Shown here: positions 25,495 through 37,620 of the stretch, piece after piece | How the letters are laid out: each line of letters starts with the position of its first letter | Numbering within the stretch: position 1 is the first letter of the stretch | Source of the DNA: Microthyrium microscopicum | Lineage: Eukaryota | DNA: 64,000 nucleotides | Direction of reading: 5' to 3' | Assembly: GCA_010405405.1 (NCBI GenBank) | Contig: MU004241.1 | Coordinates: 793,373 to 857,372, forward strand | Notes under the pieces: model-generated | What the model saw: the letters and a program-made list of their open reading frames with translations, nothing else | What the model was told of the DNA's origin: nothing | Databases searched by the model: none | Translations under genes and position numbers: made by a program

Positions 25495-28366
25495 CTATCC
25501 TCCCAAATTTCCAGGACTATCCTCCTTAGTATTCGTAAACCCAGGCTTAGCAGCACAAGGCGAACCTTCTTGAAACTGCGGTTTACACACAGATATCCAA
25601 ATGCCAGAGGCAGGATCCAGATGGTCTTTACTACATCGTGCCACAGACACACTCCCACAAGTTGATTGCCCAGTAGCACAATTGCGTGTACATCGATTCT
25701 GCGAAACTGGTTTCTTCGTAGTAGCATCGCAAGAAACGGAAACGAGCGCACAACTGGTGCCTTTATTGCAAGTGTCGACTTTGTTGGTCGTCGTTACGGG
25801 ATTGCATGCAGCACCAAGGGCCAGACTACTTGAGTCTCTTGGTACTTTGGTGTTGACTCGCGCTTGGACAGGATCTGGGATTTGGCCGGGGATTATGGCG
25901 AATTCTGGTACTGTGAATTGTGTGGATGCTGCTGGCTTGGTTTGTGCTGCAGGATTCGTTTGGTTGGGGAAGAGAGCTACAGTCTCGTTGGTGAAGGCTG
26001 TGTAGCGTGTTGAGTTGGTAACGCATAGAGTGTGGTCTTGCCATGTGGCTTTGGCTGCTCGCTTCCATAGGTTGGTGAAGTTGTTGATGGTGTCGAATGT
26101 CCAGAAAATTCGGCAGTTTGCTGCGTGGTATTGGAACTGGAGGGGGATGTTGGAGTCTTTGCGGAGTTGATCTCGTAGGTTTATGCTGGCTTCTTCAATG
26201 AATATCCCGGAATCAGTTCTGTTTGGTAATAGGGGAATTACGGTTGCGTTGATCTTGCCGGCGATACGAATGTTGTAGTCAATGTCCAGATTGGAGTAGG
26301 CTGCGGCTCCTCGAGTGCCTCCCATCGCTTGCATTGGACCGTACGAGGGTCTTCCTCCAACGACTATCGTTGACACGTTGGCTGACTGCTGCATCATCTC
26401 AACGAAAAGTGAGCATGTCGAAGCGCATGCGCCGTCGGTGAGCTGTGATCACGATTAGCTCCATAGACATCGGGTTCATGGATGGAGCTTACTAGGACGA
26501 TATCCTCTGCTCTATAGGGAGGCGTGGTAGAGTTTCCCACATTGGGTCCATACCCAAAAGGTATAAATCCGCTCAATGATCCTGCCGCGAATATAGAGTC
26601 GGATAGATTCGAGCGTTGCTATCGGGAGTCAGCTTCAACCATACCGCTATGAGAAACGAACTTACTGGAGTTGTAAAGCTATCACCATACTGAGCGTTTG
26701 GTCCATAAAATTGACGCCAGCCTGTGAAGTTTTTCTCAGTAGCGACATCAATCCTTGTCGTAGCGACCCATTCGTCAGCCACAAGACGGTAAAAGTCCGG
26801 TTCGCCTTCATTGAGTTCCTCGAAATATGAAGTTATGGTAGATCCTAATACATCAGCCATGCGATGCGCTCGGAGTCGGCTGGCTCCCAAGGGCTCTATA
26901 TTTGGAAAGAACTAGTTTGATTAGAATTTGCACCCTTCTCTACAGCGATTCCGACCTACATGTTTGAACGTGTCGAATGCAAGCAATGCGGAGCCTCCAG
27001 TATTTTGCTGAAGATCAATAACGATCTTCTTCAATCCAGCAGCTTTGCTTCGGTCAAGGAATTCCCCGACAGTGTCTGAGAATGTGTCGATTGCATCATC
27101 ATATTCGTCAAAGCTAGGAATGCTAATGACCCCGATAGAAGAGTCGTTCAGGAAGTATCCAGTTATGAATCCACCTCCAGTAGTTTGCAGGTCAGGCTGA
27201 ACAACATCTGGATTATCAGGGTAGGCATCAACGCCCCAGTACGTAGCATCTGCTGGCTCCGTGGCATTTTCATTACTTTGGTCCTCTGGGGGAGAAGCCT
27301 GCGTTGCATTACTAGCGTCATTGGATGAAGAACTACTGGAGGTGTCTTCATTGATTAAGCCAAGCACGAAAAAGTCGTAGAAATCTTGACCATCCAGAAT
27401 GATTCCAGGATCTCCTGGACTAATGAAAAGTGCCTTCCATGGGACTGGTCCCGTCGTCGATCCGTTCTCAAATTTGAAAGTGATGGTGTCTGCTGGGTAG
27501 AAGGTTGCACCACCAGTAAACACAGCAGTCTCACCGAGTATGTCCAAGGCTGGACTGGACATTAGCTGATTCCAGTCGGCGTGTGGTTCCAGGCCTCCGA
27601 TTGAATTGAGTTTGGCGAACTCTGTGAGATACTCAACTGTGTCTTTGCCGTCAATGGTAGTCACGGCGGATGGGTGCCACGTTCCATTATCATTCTCGCT
27701 GGCTTTAACATCAGCTAATAGAAAGTTAGTATGGGTGAAGGTAGATGGGTTCCACGCGATTACATACCCCAGAAATAGACTTTCGGTAGCTTTTTCCCAT
27801 CTTCCGAAATACTGACCAATCCGTATGGGCTTCCAAATGAAAATGCAGAGAGGACTCCGGATATTAGTGAGATGTGAGAGTCGTGCGTCTGGTACAGAAG
27901 CCTCTGTATTGTCGCTTCGAATGCATATTGATTCTCAAAAGTCCGGTCGCTATTGATGTAGTCTTGAACAAGACCGAGTTCGTGTATCAAGTCTATGCCT
28001 GGTTGTTGATATGCCGGGGTGGGACTTTTCAAATATGCTAATGTACTCTGAAATTGCAATGTGTCGTTTAAATACTTGATGAAGGTTGTTGCCACGTCCT
28101 TCTGGAATGGAGTACTGGTGAGGCATTGATATGCAAGTGTTGCGTTGAATATGTAGGCTTCCGATGTCAGATATCAAATTCGTTGGATAGTTTGCTAACT
28201 CACAAGTGCTATTGACGATATCTCTACACGCGTATGGCTCCGTACTGAACGATGTTGCAGGCACTTGATTGCTCACTCCGGACAGAATGTATCGTCCAAT
28301 ACCGGATCCTTGGACTAGCGACGAAGAACCAATGGCAGACCATAGAAGAAGTGCAAATTGAACCAT
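25495..28366 (-). CDS. Secreted peptidase S41-family protein with a Cys-rich C-terminal extension, multi-exon
   Basis: Signal peptide MVQFALLLWSAIG, AYQCLTSTPF, FQSTLAYLKSP, GVISIPSF, IVIDLQQNTGG, CASTCSLF and VVGGRP..GPMQAMGGTRG. GT-AG introns join the track ORFs. Confidence 0.88.
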
Positions 28367-29064
28367 TATAACAACTTGAACGTGCAATCAGAGGGACTTG
28401 AAAGGGTCAGCACAGCTTCAACAAAGGTGCCCTCGACTCCCTATTTCTCTGAAAGTAGCTTGATGTACGACTGTAGCGAGTGTTACAAATAGGTCATCAA
28501 GTCAGATTCATGCCTTTCATCGTGCTCGTCAAGATGCGCCAAATTCTTAGGGTATAGGCTGGTTGCTGAGATGGAGTCGTGTACCCCTTCAACCTCTCTT
28601 GGTAGAATTTGACAACCATTTTCAATGTTGTCGGGCAGTGTCATCCCCCGAACGTGGCGTGGAAGACTAATTGCTGTAAATTTGAGGCGCAAACTCCAGT
28701 TCTCCGTTGGCCAACATAAACATGCCCCCCTGAAATTTGCCAGCATCTGGGGTTCTGCATCACCAAAGCTGGTCGGATGCCTGCACTTATCAGCCGCCCT
28801 TGTGCCTATTATGGTTAGTTGTGTGGTCAGAAAACGGGATCTTCTCGGCTACAGCCGTGTTTTTGGGTGCCGTTTCTTGGAATCACGGCTTTCAATTGGA
28901 TGGTCATGTCAAACGACATCCACTTCTAGGATTGGCAGTCTGATTTGGTTAGATCAGTTATGTAGATGATCTTTTTATAGCTTCTCTGGATTCTTCATGC
29001 CTTCTTGTGTTTTCTGAATAATGATGCATCTCTAAAACATGGGCTTCTTATTTAAGGGAGGAAA

Positions 29065-29583
29065 ATATTTGTGGCTGCTGCCAGAGATTGAATCACCATA
29101 TATACCAAAACTTGGCAACAGTTTTTCACTAACCAAATAGGTGATCCAGTCTGCAAAATGAAGGTTAATTATAATCCCTCTTTGTCAGCCACTGGATTAA
29201 ATACCTGATTACTCACCACAAATATGTGGATGACTAACTCAGATGCCTGGTATTCAGCCCCCTTAGGGGGCTGAATAAACCAACGTAGTCCCAACAAGTA
29301 GTTGGGTCTAAGTTGGGGAGGGGTTACCCTTCCCGATTGGGAAAAAGCCGGGCGAGGCTTTTAGTACACCAGTCCCTGTGGGGGCTGGTGTATTTTTTGC
29401 TCATTTTTATTACATCGTGACTTTGTTGACAATTCAATCCAAAGGTCACAGGTTCGATTGTGGTACGTTCAAATTCAATTCCGCTAGCAAACATTCGCCT
29501 GAGACGATTTTTTGCTTCCCACCAATTGCGTAGAGGTTGGTTGGATTTATAATGCACATTGACAGCGTTTATGAACTGTCAAT
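29065..29583 (+). other. Array of closely spaced stem-loops, candidate structured ncRNA or element
   Basis: At least eight hairpins are readable by eye (see findings). No credible ORF is present. Confidence 0.5.
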
Positions 29584-29788
29584 CGCAGGTAGATCGCAGA
29601 GATTGAGTTTCTTCTTAAGAGCTATGGTACATTTCTCCATCACCAGAGTGTAGGGTATATTACAAAATTCAAGAGTCGCGAGTGGACATGCTTCAAGCCT
29701 CCTCCTGAAAGAGATGCTGACGTTTGATACCAGGCAGGACGGTTTCACCCACAATTGCATCCCATCTGCATGTCAGCTCTCAACTGCT

Positions 29789-30992
29789 TCATACTTCTTG
29801 TGCTCCTTCTGCCATCAGAGCATCCAGGAATGCTTTCGGGTCTCCGCCATACATGCTACCTATCATTTGATGGCCCATTTTGATTGTAGCAACTCCACGA
29901 GGAAACATTTCCGCCTCGTATTCTTGTACTGCCTGGTCGACGTGTTCGATACCGTACTGGACAATCTTGGTGGCCAGATTCAGTGAATCAGTCATTGCGA
30001 GATTGACGCCCTCGCCATTTGTGATGGCCAAATGCGCAGCATCTCCAGCAAGAGCCACACCCGGGACCGACTTCCAGTTCATGTCTTCTGGAGCCAAAGT
30101 GTAAAGTGTCCAGGCACGGAAGTCTGTTGCGTGCTTGATGAGGTCTTTGTGTTCTGTTGACCAGTCGGCATAGAAGTCTGAAAGTAGCATGCTGCGTGTA
30201 GCCTCAGTGTCCCCAAGGTTCACAGTCCCGTTGCGAAAGAAGTCTTCAGGGGCTAGTATGCCAAAGTAATTTCTGTAATGGCCGTCTCCCTGTCTTTGTG
30301 TTACAACTAGCTTTTTAGGCCCGATGGATAGTAACATTCCGGCGCCAGCGCTTTTGGATAATGTTTGATACAGCGGGTTTTCATGGCCTATCTTCGACTC
30401 GATGAAGATTTTCCCCGAGTATTGTGGAGTCGCCTTGGTGATCTTCCACGGATGTTAGCCAAACATTACATGAAGCCAAAACGTAGAGATGCTTTCATAC
30501 CAAACTTCGAATCTTACTCCAAGCCCCATCTGCTCCAACAACAAGCTTAAAGCCCGATGCTTCAGTGCCATTGGCAAACCGCAGGACGGGCCTTTTGTCT
30601 TCGCCCATCATCGCACTCGTAAGCGCATGACCCCATCTAATCTTCTCCTTGGGAATTGCATCCAAAAGAATCTGCCGCAAAGCAACACGGTCAATCTCCG
30701 GCGCATCGCGACCTTCGCCCATTTGAAGTAGCCGTTTGCCGTCCTTATCGGTCAGCACAAAAGCCGTGTCGTCGTATCTAGCATACTTCTTGAACTCTTC
30801 GATCAAGCCAGCTTGGCGAAGCGCTTCCTGTCCGGTATCTCCATGGATGTCCAGGCTTCCACCTACGCGGTTTGAGGTATCGCTCTCATCACGCTCAAAC
30901 ACGACGTAGTCGATACCTTTGCACTCCAAAAGTCGTGCGAGCGTGAGGCCACATGGTCCACCACCGACAATTGCAATGGCAGGGGTCGTCAT
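29789..30992 (-). CDS. FAD-dependent monooxygenase (group A flavoprotein, TetX-like), 2 exons
   Basis: IAIVGGGPCGL, GGSLDIH, PEIDR..LR, VVGADGAWSKIR and LAGDAAH...GEGVNLAM. Confidence 0.9.
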
Positions 30993-31649
30993 CTTGGTTC
31001 CTGATGGGCGAATTGATTGGGTGGAAATGTAACGATATCGTTGAACTGGGCAATGACCAGTGGCGCGGATGCAGACAGATTTGAAGGTATTTATATTGCC
31101 TGCTCTCAAGGCAACAGTAACTCGAAACATACCGACCGGCTACTTTTATAGTAAGTAATAGAGTAGTAAAAAGTTTGATGCCTAGAATCCGGACTTGACA
31201 GCCGGGACTTTCTAACTCCCGTTCACCTACACTCTCGGGCTAGTCAAATGTCCGAATCAACGCTGAGGACCGAGCCTCAAGGGAATAGAAACCTCTGCTA
31301 GTAGATACATATGTGTTATTGGAGGCGAATAAAGGTTCTTTCTGGCTTTTGCTCGCGCTCAAGCGTAATGTTGGGAGGTTGATCATTTATTGATGTGCAA
31401 AAGGCCCTTTGGTTAGGGAGCCCGCTTAGTCATCACTCATTGCATCCGGCTCATCGCGCCCCTTTTTTCGACTAGGCTGACTTCAGTAGTCCAAAATTAG
31501 CATTCATGAGTTGCTCGTTAGAGTTCTTTCTGAACCTCTCACATCTGCCTTTGCCTGGGATGCGGTGTCCTAGAGCCATTACAAGTACCCTTCCATGATA
31601 CCGCCTGATCGAGGGCGCTGGACAATCACTGTCCATCCTCTGTGAGACC

Positions 31650-34600
31650 ATGGAAGCCGTTGGCGCTGCGGCGTCAATCGTGCAGCTAGTGGACATCTCT
31701 GTGAAGATCGCAGGCTATCTCCATGATATCAAAAATGCAAATCGAGAGAGACAGAGGCTACGGGATCAAGTTTTAGACTTGGTCAAGGTTATGCAGCGCC
31801 TTAAACAACATATCGATGATGGAATCGCACTTGATTTTGATCATGCCCGAAAAGGCGTTGATGGCACAAAACCAGCACCGTGGTTTCAGGGCCTGGATTC
31901 TATGGACGACTTATTACAACATCTCATGAAAAGCATGTCAGCCCTGCTGCATGAAGTCGAGAAACGAGATGGTTGGGATGGTGTAATAGATCAGCTAGGA
32001 TATCACTGGAAAAAGACCAGGTATGCAATTCTCCTGGTGAGGATTTCAACTTCAGAAAGAAGAGGTCTAATCTACAGCCAGATATGAAAACGCAACAAAT
32101 GAAATGGCCCGGTATACTCTTTTCATCCAGTCAATACTAGGTCACGACCATTTTGCCTTGTCTCTTGCAAGTATGGATGTCATGAAGCAAACAGATTCGA
32201 CTGTGAAACAGGTTCAATTTAATACAACAGCTATCAAGCGACATATCGAAAATACGGTGTCAAAAGTCGAGGCAATCAGAGAAAGGACTGTGGCGATTAA
32301 CCCCGTCATCCGAACTATTGAGGTCGATACAAAGCGCAACACCACTATGCTCGAAGATCTGTCAGCGGAGTTGCAAGCTATCAAGCTCCAAGGTCAAGTC
32401 CAACAGCAAGAGCTCGAGACCAAAAGCTTGCAAATCATATCTAGCTGGCTTTCTCCCCTCAAGTACTTTGGTAAACAGCAACGGCTTATGTCTGAATGCG
32501 TAGAACCATGCGGCCAGTGGTTTCTCAATTCCGAAGAATTTCTCTATTGGGTTGAAGTTCAAAACTTTCGGTTACAATGCTGGGGTGATGCAGGCTCCGG
32601 AAAGGTAGAGATTCAAAGATTTGCGGCAACAGCTGAAGACTTACTGAAGACAGACAATGATATCGTCAATTGTTGTCAACCACCTTCAACAATATGTAGA
32701 CACTTCATCATGCCCAGTGATGGTCATATATCTGGACCATACCCAAGGCACACAGCAGGAACCCGTTTACCTCCTTGGAAGTCTTCTGGACCAATTGATT
32801 GGTGGGAGCATGGAACGGCACCAAGCTGTCCTGACGGAACCGTATGCAAGGTCAAGAAAAGGGCAATCGAAGCCTTATCTGTGTAGGCGGTGTCGGCAGG
32901 ACCAGGAAGAATCGTGCTCTGATAAGACGTGTGTACGAAATATGCTCTACGCTGAGCTCCGACGCTACACAAGAAGCTTTCTTGTGGTAGATGCTTTGGA
33001 CGAATGTAGCGAAGAGGTGAAACAATGGTAAGAGTTTACCTCCTCATAAGCACTTCATCAATTTCTGATGGAAAACACGATCGAATTAAGGGTTTTCTCG
33101 CCCTCATATGGCATCCTACATCTGTAATTCAGTGCGATGCAATGCTACTGCGAAAAGGGCTTTGCTGAAAGAGGATAAGACCCAGCCGTAACATTATGCT
33201 AACTATTTCCAGGCTAAACAACGAACTAGTTTGCCTACAGACCACATTACATGTTAGGGTCATGACTACTTCTCGCGACACTGAAGGCCAAACACTAGGA
33301 ATAATATGCGATGCCTGCTACCCGGATACCCAGGATAAGTCAGAAGTGGCTGTGAAGGAGACAGCTCTCTATTGGCAATGCGCCGTCTGCGAAGACGAAA
33401 ATGGGCAAAGCATATTTGACATTTGCAAGCCATGTAAGCAAAAAGGGGCGAAATGCGCCAGAGATTCGTCTCATCACTTCCTTAATCCCGAAATTGTTGA
33501 GTTCAGAATCGAAACACCAGATACTGAACTTCGGCAATACATTGAAAGAGCACTAAAGAGTCAAATCGGAGAAAAGAAGAGTCTTCGAAGAGATAGAAGG
33601 CTCAAACCTGTCGGTCCCAAAACTAGGTTGGGTAGAATGCTCTCCCAATACCCCGAACTTATTCCCAAGGCAACTGAGACCATTCTGGCGAGATCATCCG
33701 GCAAGATCATATACGCAAAACTTTATCTGTCAACTCTGAATCTACAGCATACTGTAGACGAAGCGTACAGGGCTCTTGAATCCTTGCCTAGAAACCTCGA
33801 ATCTTTGTACGAATCGACTATCCGAGATAGAGTCTTGAGCCAAGAACACGATAAGGACTTAGCAATGAAGATCTTCTCTTTCTTGGCTTCCGCTTTCGAG
33901 CCTGTCACTGTTGGCATGCTTCGACATGCGTTGTGCACAGTGCCAGGTAGTACAGAAATCAGAGAGACCAGCATGATTGCCAAAGAGCTGATACTCGATA
34001 TCACTCATGGATTTGTTATTGTAGAACCTCATCCAGATGCAGAAAAGGCCCCCATCAAGCTTTTCCACAAAACACTTTATGAGTATTTTAATGACACTGC
34101 TGATTTGTGGTTCCCTGATCATCAGACTGAAATGGCCAACATATGTCTACAGTATCTTAGTGTATCAGCATTTTCAGACGCCTGCGCAGATTGGTCCGAG
34201 TTTTACGACAAAGCTCAGCAATACTCCTTCATTTCATACGCTGCTCAACACTGGGGACACCACATGCGTAGAGCCAGGAAGAATGACAGCTGGGAGGAGC
34301 TCAAGGTCAATGCGAGTTCATACCTTCATGACGAGAACAGAACTGCGGCTTGGTCACAAGCGAATTGGTGCTACTCGCGAGACGCTCAAGGCTGGGATGT
34401 CCGGAGACCAGTGAGAGGACTCCATGTTGCCACTTGGTTCAATCTTCATGAACTAGTACAAGAACTTGCTTCCAAATTTGGAGTTGATGATAGAGAAAGG
34501 ACGTACTGGCAGACTCCTCTACAATATGCCTGTCGCCATGGTCACATTCCAACCATCAAGGCGCTTCTCGCAGCAGGGGCAAACATCAATTACAAAAGCG

Positions 34601-36216
34601 GACGCGGGAAAACAGCTTTGATGGAAGCCGTTGAACATGGTCACGCTGACGTCGTTGAGTTGCTAATAAGGAGTAAGCAAGACGAAATCCTGATCAACGC
34701 CCAGAACGAAAAAGTCTACAATCGCTCTGCTTTAGTCACTGCGGTAAAGGGGGGTAGAGCTGAGATGGTTCATATGCTGCTTTCTCATGGCTCGGTCAAC
34801 GTCAATCTCTGCGACTCTGGGGGATACACAGCATTTATTCATGCTGTTTGCATGCATGCTGATGTTTCAACGGAGTATGCACATGGAGGAGGAGAATTCA
34901 TGCACAAAGGTCATACTCTTGAAGATCATCGTCGCATACTTCAAAGCCTTATAGATCGAACTGACATTGATATCAACGTGTTTGATACTGAGGGACGGTC
35001 AAGTCTGATTCATGCGGCAACAAGAGGCGATGCAGAAAGCGTGCGACTTCTCCTTGACAAGAAAGCAGATACAAGTATACGAGATCTGGAGAATGGCGGA
35101 ACTGCACTTTTCAGGGCTGCTGAGCAAGGACATGTTGACGTTCTTATGGTAATGATAAAATCAGGCCATGCTTTAGACGTCCTTGACGACGATCATCGCG
35201 GTTTGCTGCATGCTGCTTGCTCGGGTTTGCATGAATCCACGACTGAGATACTCTCACTTCTTGCAGGGCATGGACTCGACTTGAATCGCAAAGACAAGCA
35301 CGGGATGACACCTTTACACACTGCTTGTCGCGCTGGAGATATTTCCGCAGCACGGTGGCTAAAAGCCCAAGGAGCAGATGTACAATCTGAAGACTATTAT
35401 TCAAGAATTCCACTTCGAGTAGCCTGGGAACGACACCATGATGAGATCGTTCGGGAATTGAAAGAGTCTACCAGGAACGAAGACTTAATCAGCTCCTGGC
35501 AGAGGCCATTGTGGTCATTGTCGAAAGAAGGAAACCTGAAACAGCTATCAGTAAGTAATCTGGAGCTAGAGAACGAATCTGGGCGAGAGCCAGGGACCCG
35601 GGACACGGCGTTGCATTGGGCTGTCCGCGCAAAACAAACGGAAACATTGCGTACTCTTCTCCAGTCCAATGGCGCAAGGACTTCAATAGACTTTGAGAAC
35701 CGAGTTGGACGGACACCACTTCATGTAGCAGCAAGCTACGATAACAAAGATGCAGCTATGCTTCTGTTGAAAGACGGTGCAGCACTTGATATTGAGGACA
35801 CATGGAAAATGACGCCTCTTGCAATCTGCCAATCGAAGTGGCACTATGATTTTGCCATATTATTGGCCGCAGCGGGAGCAGATCTTTCTAAACCAGGACT
35901 ACACCTATCTGTCATGCTGTTGCGAGCCGCTGAACTGAATAATATTGAGGCTGTTCGAAAGCTCATCGCTGCTGGAGCAGATACCCTCTCCCGGGACGAA
36001 CAAGGCCGAACCGCTCGCGATATTGCAAAGGAGGGTGGAGAGGACTGGGACGACATGTATCGACTACTATCGGGCACAACTTTCTTCCTGAAGAGTCCTG
36101 GTGTGGAGGAGAAGATTGATGTTCATGTACAAGTGCGAGGCTTTTGGGGACCTCGTCCTGCGCATCATTTGTCTTCCATTGGAATGGATGACGAAGGCTT
36201 GCCTCTTGTATTTTGA
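31650..36216 (+). CDS. Fungal NLR-like STAND protein: helical N-terminal domain, NACHT with Cys-rich inserts, and ankyrin repeats; 4 exons
   Basis: N-terminus MEAVGAAASIVQLV, WLSP and CGQWFL..EEF..W. Walker A GDAGSGK/T spans an intron; Walker B LVVDALDEC; then TTSR, LPRNL..LY, YAAQHWGHH and roughly a dozen TPLH/TAL-type ankyrin units. Confidence 0.9.
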
Positions 36217-36638
36217 CCATTAATGTAATGATGAGTGTTCTCCAACTGGAAATATACAACAACATTGAACTTGACCGAATTCAGCGAGTGATCAGTAACC
36301 ACAAACTAACTGACTGATCCCAAAATGTCTCCTAAGTGACGGCGTATTGGCCCGCTTGACAGCCTAGCAAGCTAACCTTATTGCCGAGCTTTTCACATAT
36401 AATATTAGGCGGCACTTCAAAATAGGAGACTGTGAGACGAATGGTTGAGATAGTCTTGGTGTTGCATGATATTGAAAATTGGAACCATACTCTTTTGGGA
36501 AGGTTTACCCGTAGACTGCGGAACAAAGTTTGACCGGACCACCGAACATTGCTCCAACCTCGATTTTCGCCCACCAAGCAAGAGAGCCAACGATACAACG
36601 ACGACACTTACACCAATTCAGCGGCAAAATCAGTCAAA

Positions 36639-37288
36639 ATGGTCGCCGCAAAGAAACATGTTCCCATCGTCAAGAAGCGTACGTCAACTTTTATCCCTCG
36701 GCGAATCCAGCAATCTCTCTGCCTCGTGGTCCAATTGTGACGCGATGAATTGGACTCTTTGGCTGGCTTTATGATTAGGACTATGAGCTGATTTTATGTT
36801 TGCTTACAGACACGAAGCGCTTCGAGCGCCATCAAAGCGATCGATTCATGCGCGTCGACCCTAGCTGGAGAAAACCAAAGGGTATTGACAACCGCGTCCG
36901 AAGACGGTTCAGTGGCCAAGCTGCTATGCCAAAGGTACGATGATCCCACGAGATGATTACATTGGAAGGCCGGAACGAGGGGACGAGACACAAGGGATAC
37001 GATTGGAGCATGAGAGGATGGACAGTGGAACAATGGGCTAATAATGTTGATATACAGATTGGTTATGGCTCCAACCGAAAGACCCGCCACATGATGCCCT
37101 CAGGCCACAAAGCTTTCCTCGTCAACAACACCAAGGATGTCGAACTTTTGCTCATGCACAACCGAACCTACGCTGCCGAAATCGCCCACGCTGTGTCTGC
37201 GCGCAAGCGTATCGAAATCATCGCCAAGGCCAAGGCATTGGGTGTCAAGGTTACAAACTCCAAAGCAAAGATTACCACCGAGTCGTGA
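36639..37288 (+). CDS. RPL32: 60S ribosomal protein eL32, 3 exons
   Basis: [13 protein letters not shown] / [28 protein letters not shown] / [11 protein letters not shown]...AAEIAHAVS. Confidence 0.97.
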
Positions 37289-37620
37289 TTGGGAATTTGA
37301 TTGTCAGGCTTTGGGATGGTTGTGCATTCTCATGGTTTACGGAGTTTTTGTGGACTTGACTTGCTAGGTTTCGGTAGATTCTAGCCTGTACGAAAAATCA
37401 ATGAAGGATACACCATAAATCAAGACTTTTGAGTTGACATTGCTAGCTTGTGTAGGAGCCCTCGAGAGACAAATGGCCCTGCGTGTTGTTTATTTTGAAT
37501 GCTCACCAGTCATTATATCAAATTGACTACACGTCGGGCAGTTCTGATCTTAGCTCAGTAGCATTGGATGCATTATTTCGTTGCTGATGCCTATATAAAC
37601 CTATTTACGAGCTACATATC

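Noticed and set aside
29040..29125. Minus-strand LPSFGIY...KKPMF resembling mitochondrial Cox1
   Set aside because: Spacing and flanking residues do not match, so it is too weak to call a NUMT.
29417..29468. tRNA gene suggested by GGTTCGATT
   Set aside because: No proper T stem, D arm or acceptor stem can be formed.
31141..31173. Short TpA-rich patch with ACTTTTT/AAAAAGT ends upstream of the monooxygenase
   Set aside because: Too short to call a RIP relic or MITE; may be ordinary promoter sequence.
31000..36640. Amyloid signalling motif or adjacent effector gene for the NLR
   Set aside because: The NLR N-terminus is a helical domain and its neighbours are a monooxygenase and RPL32. No HET-s-like or gasdermin-like partner was seen.
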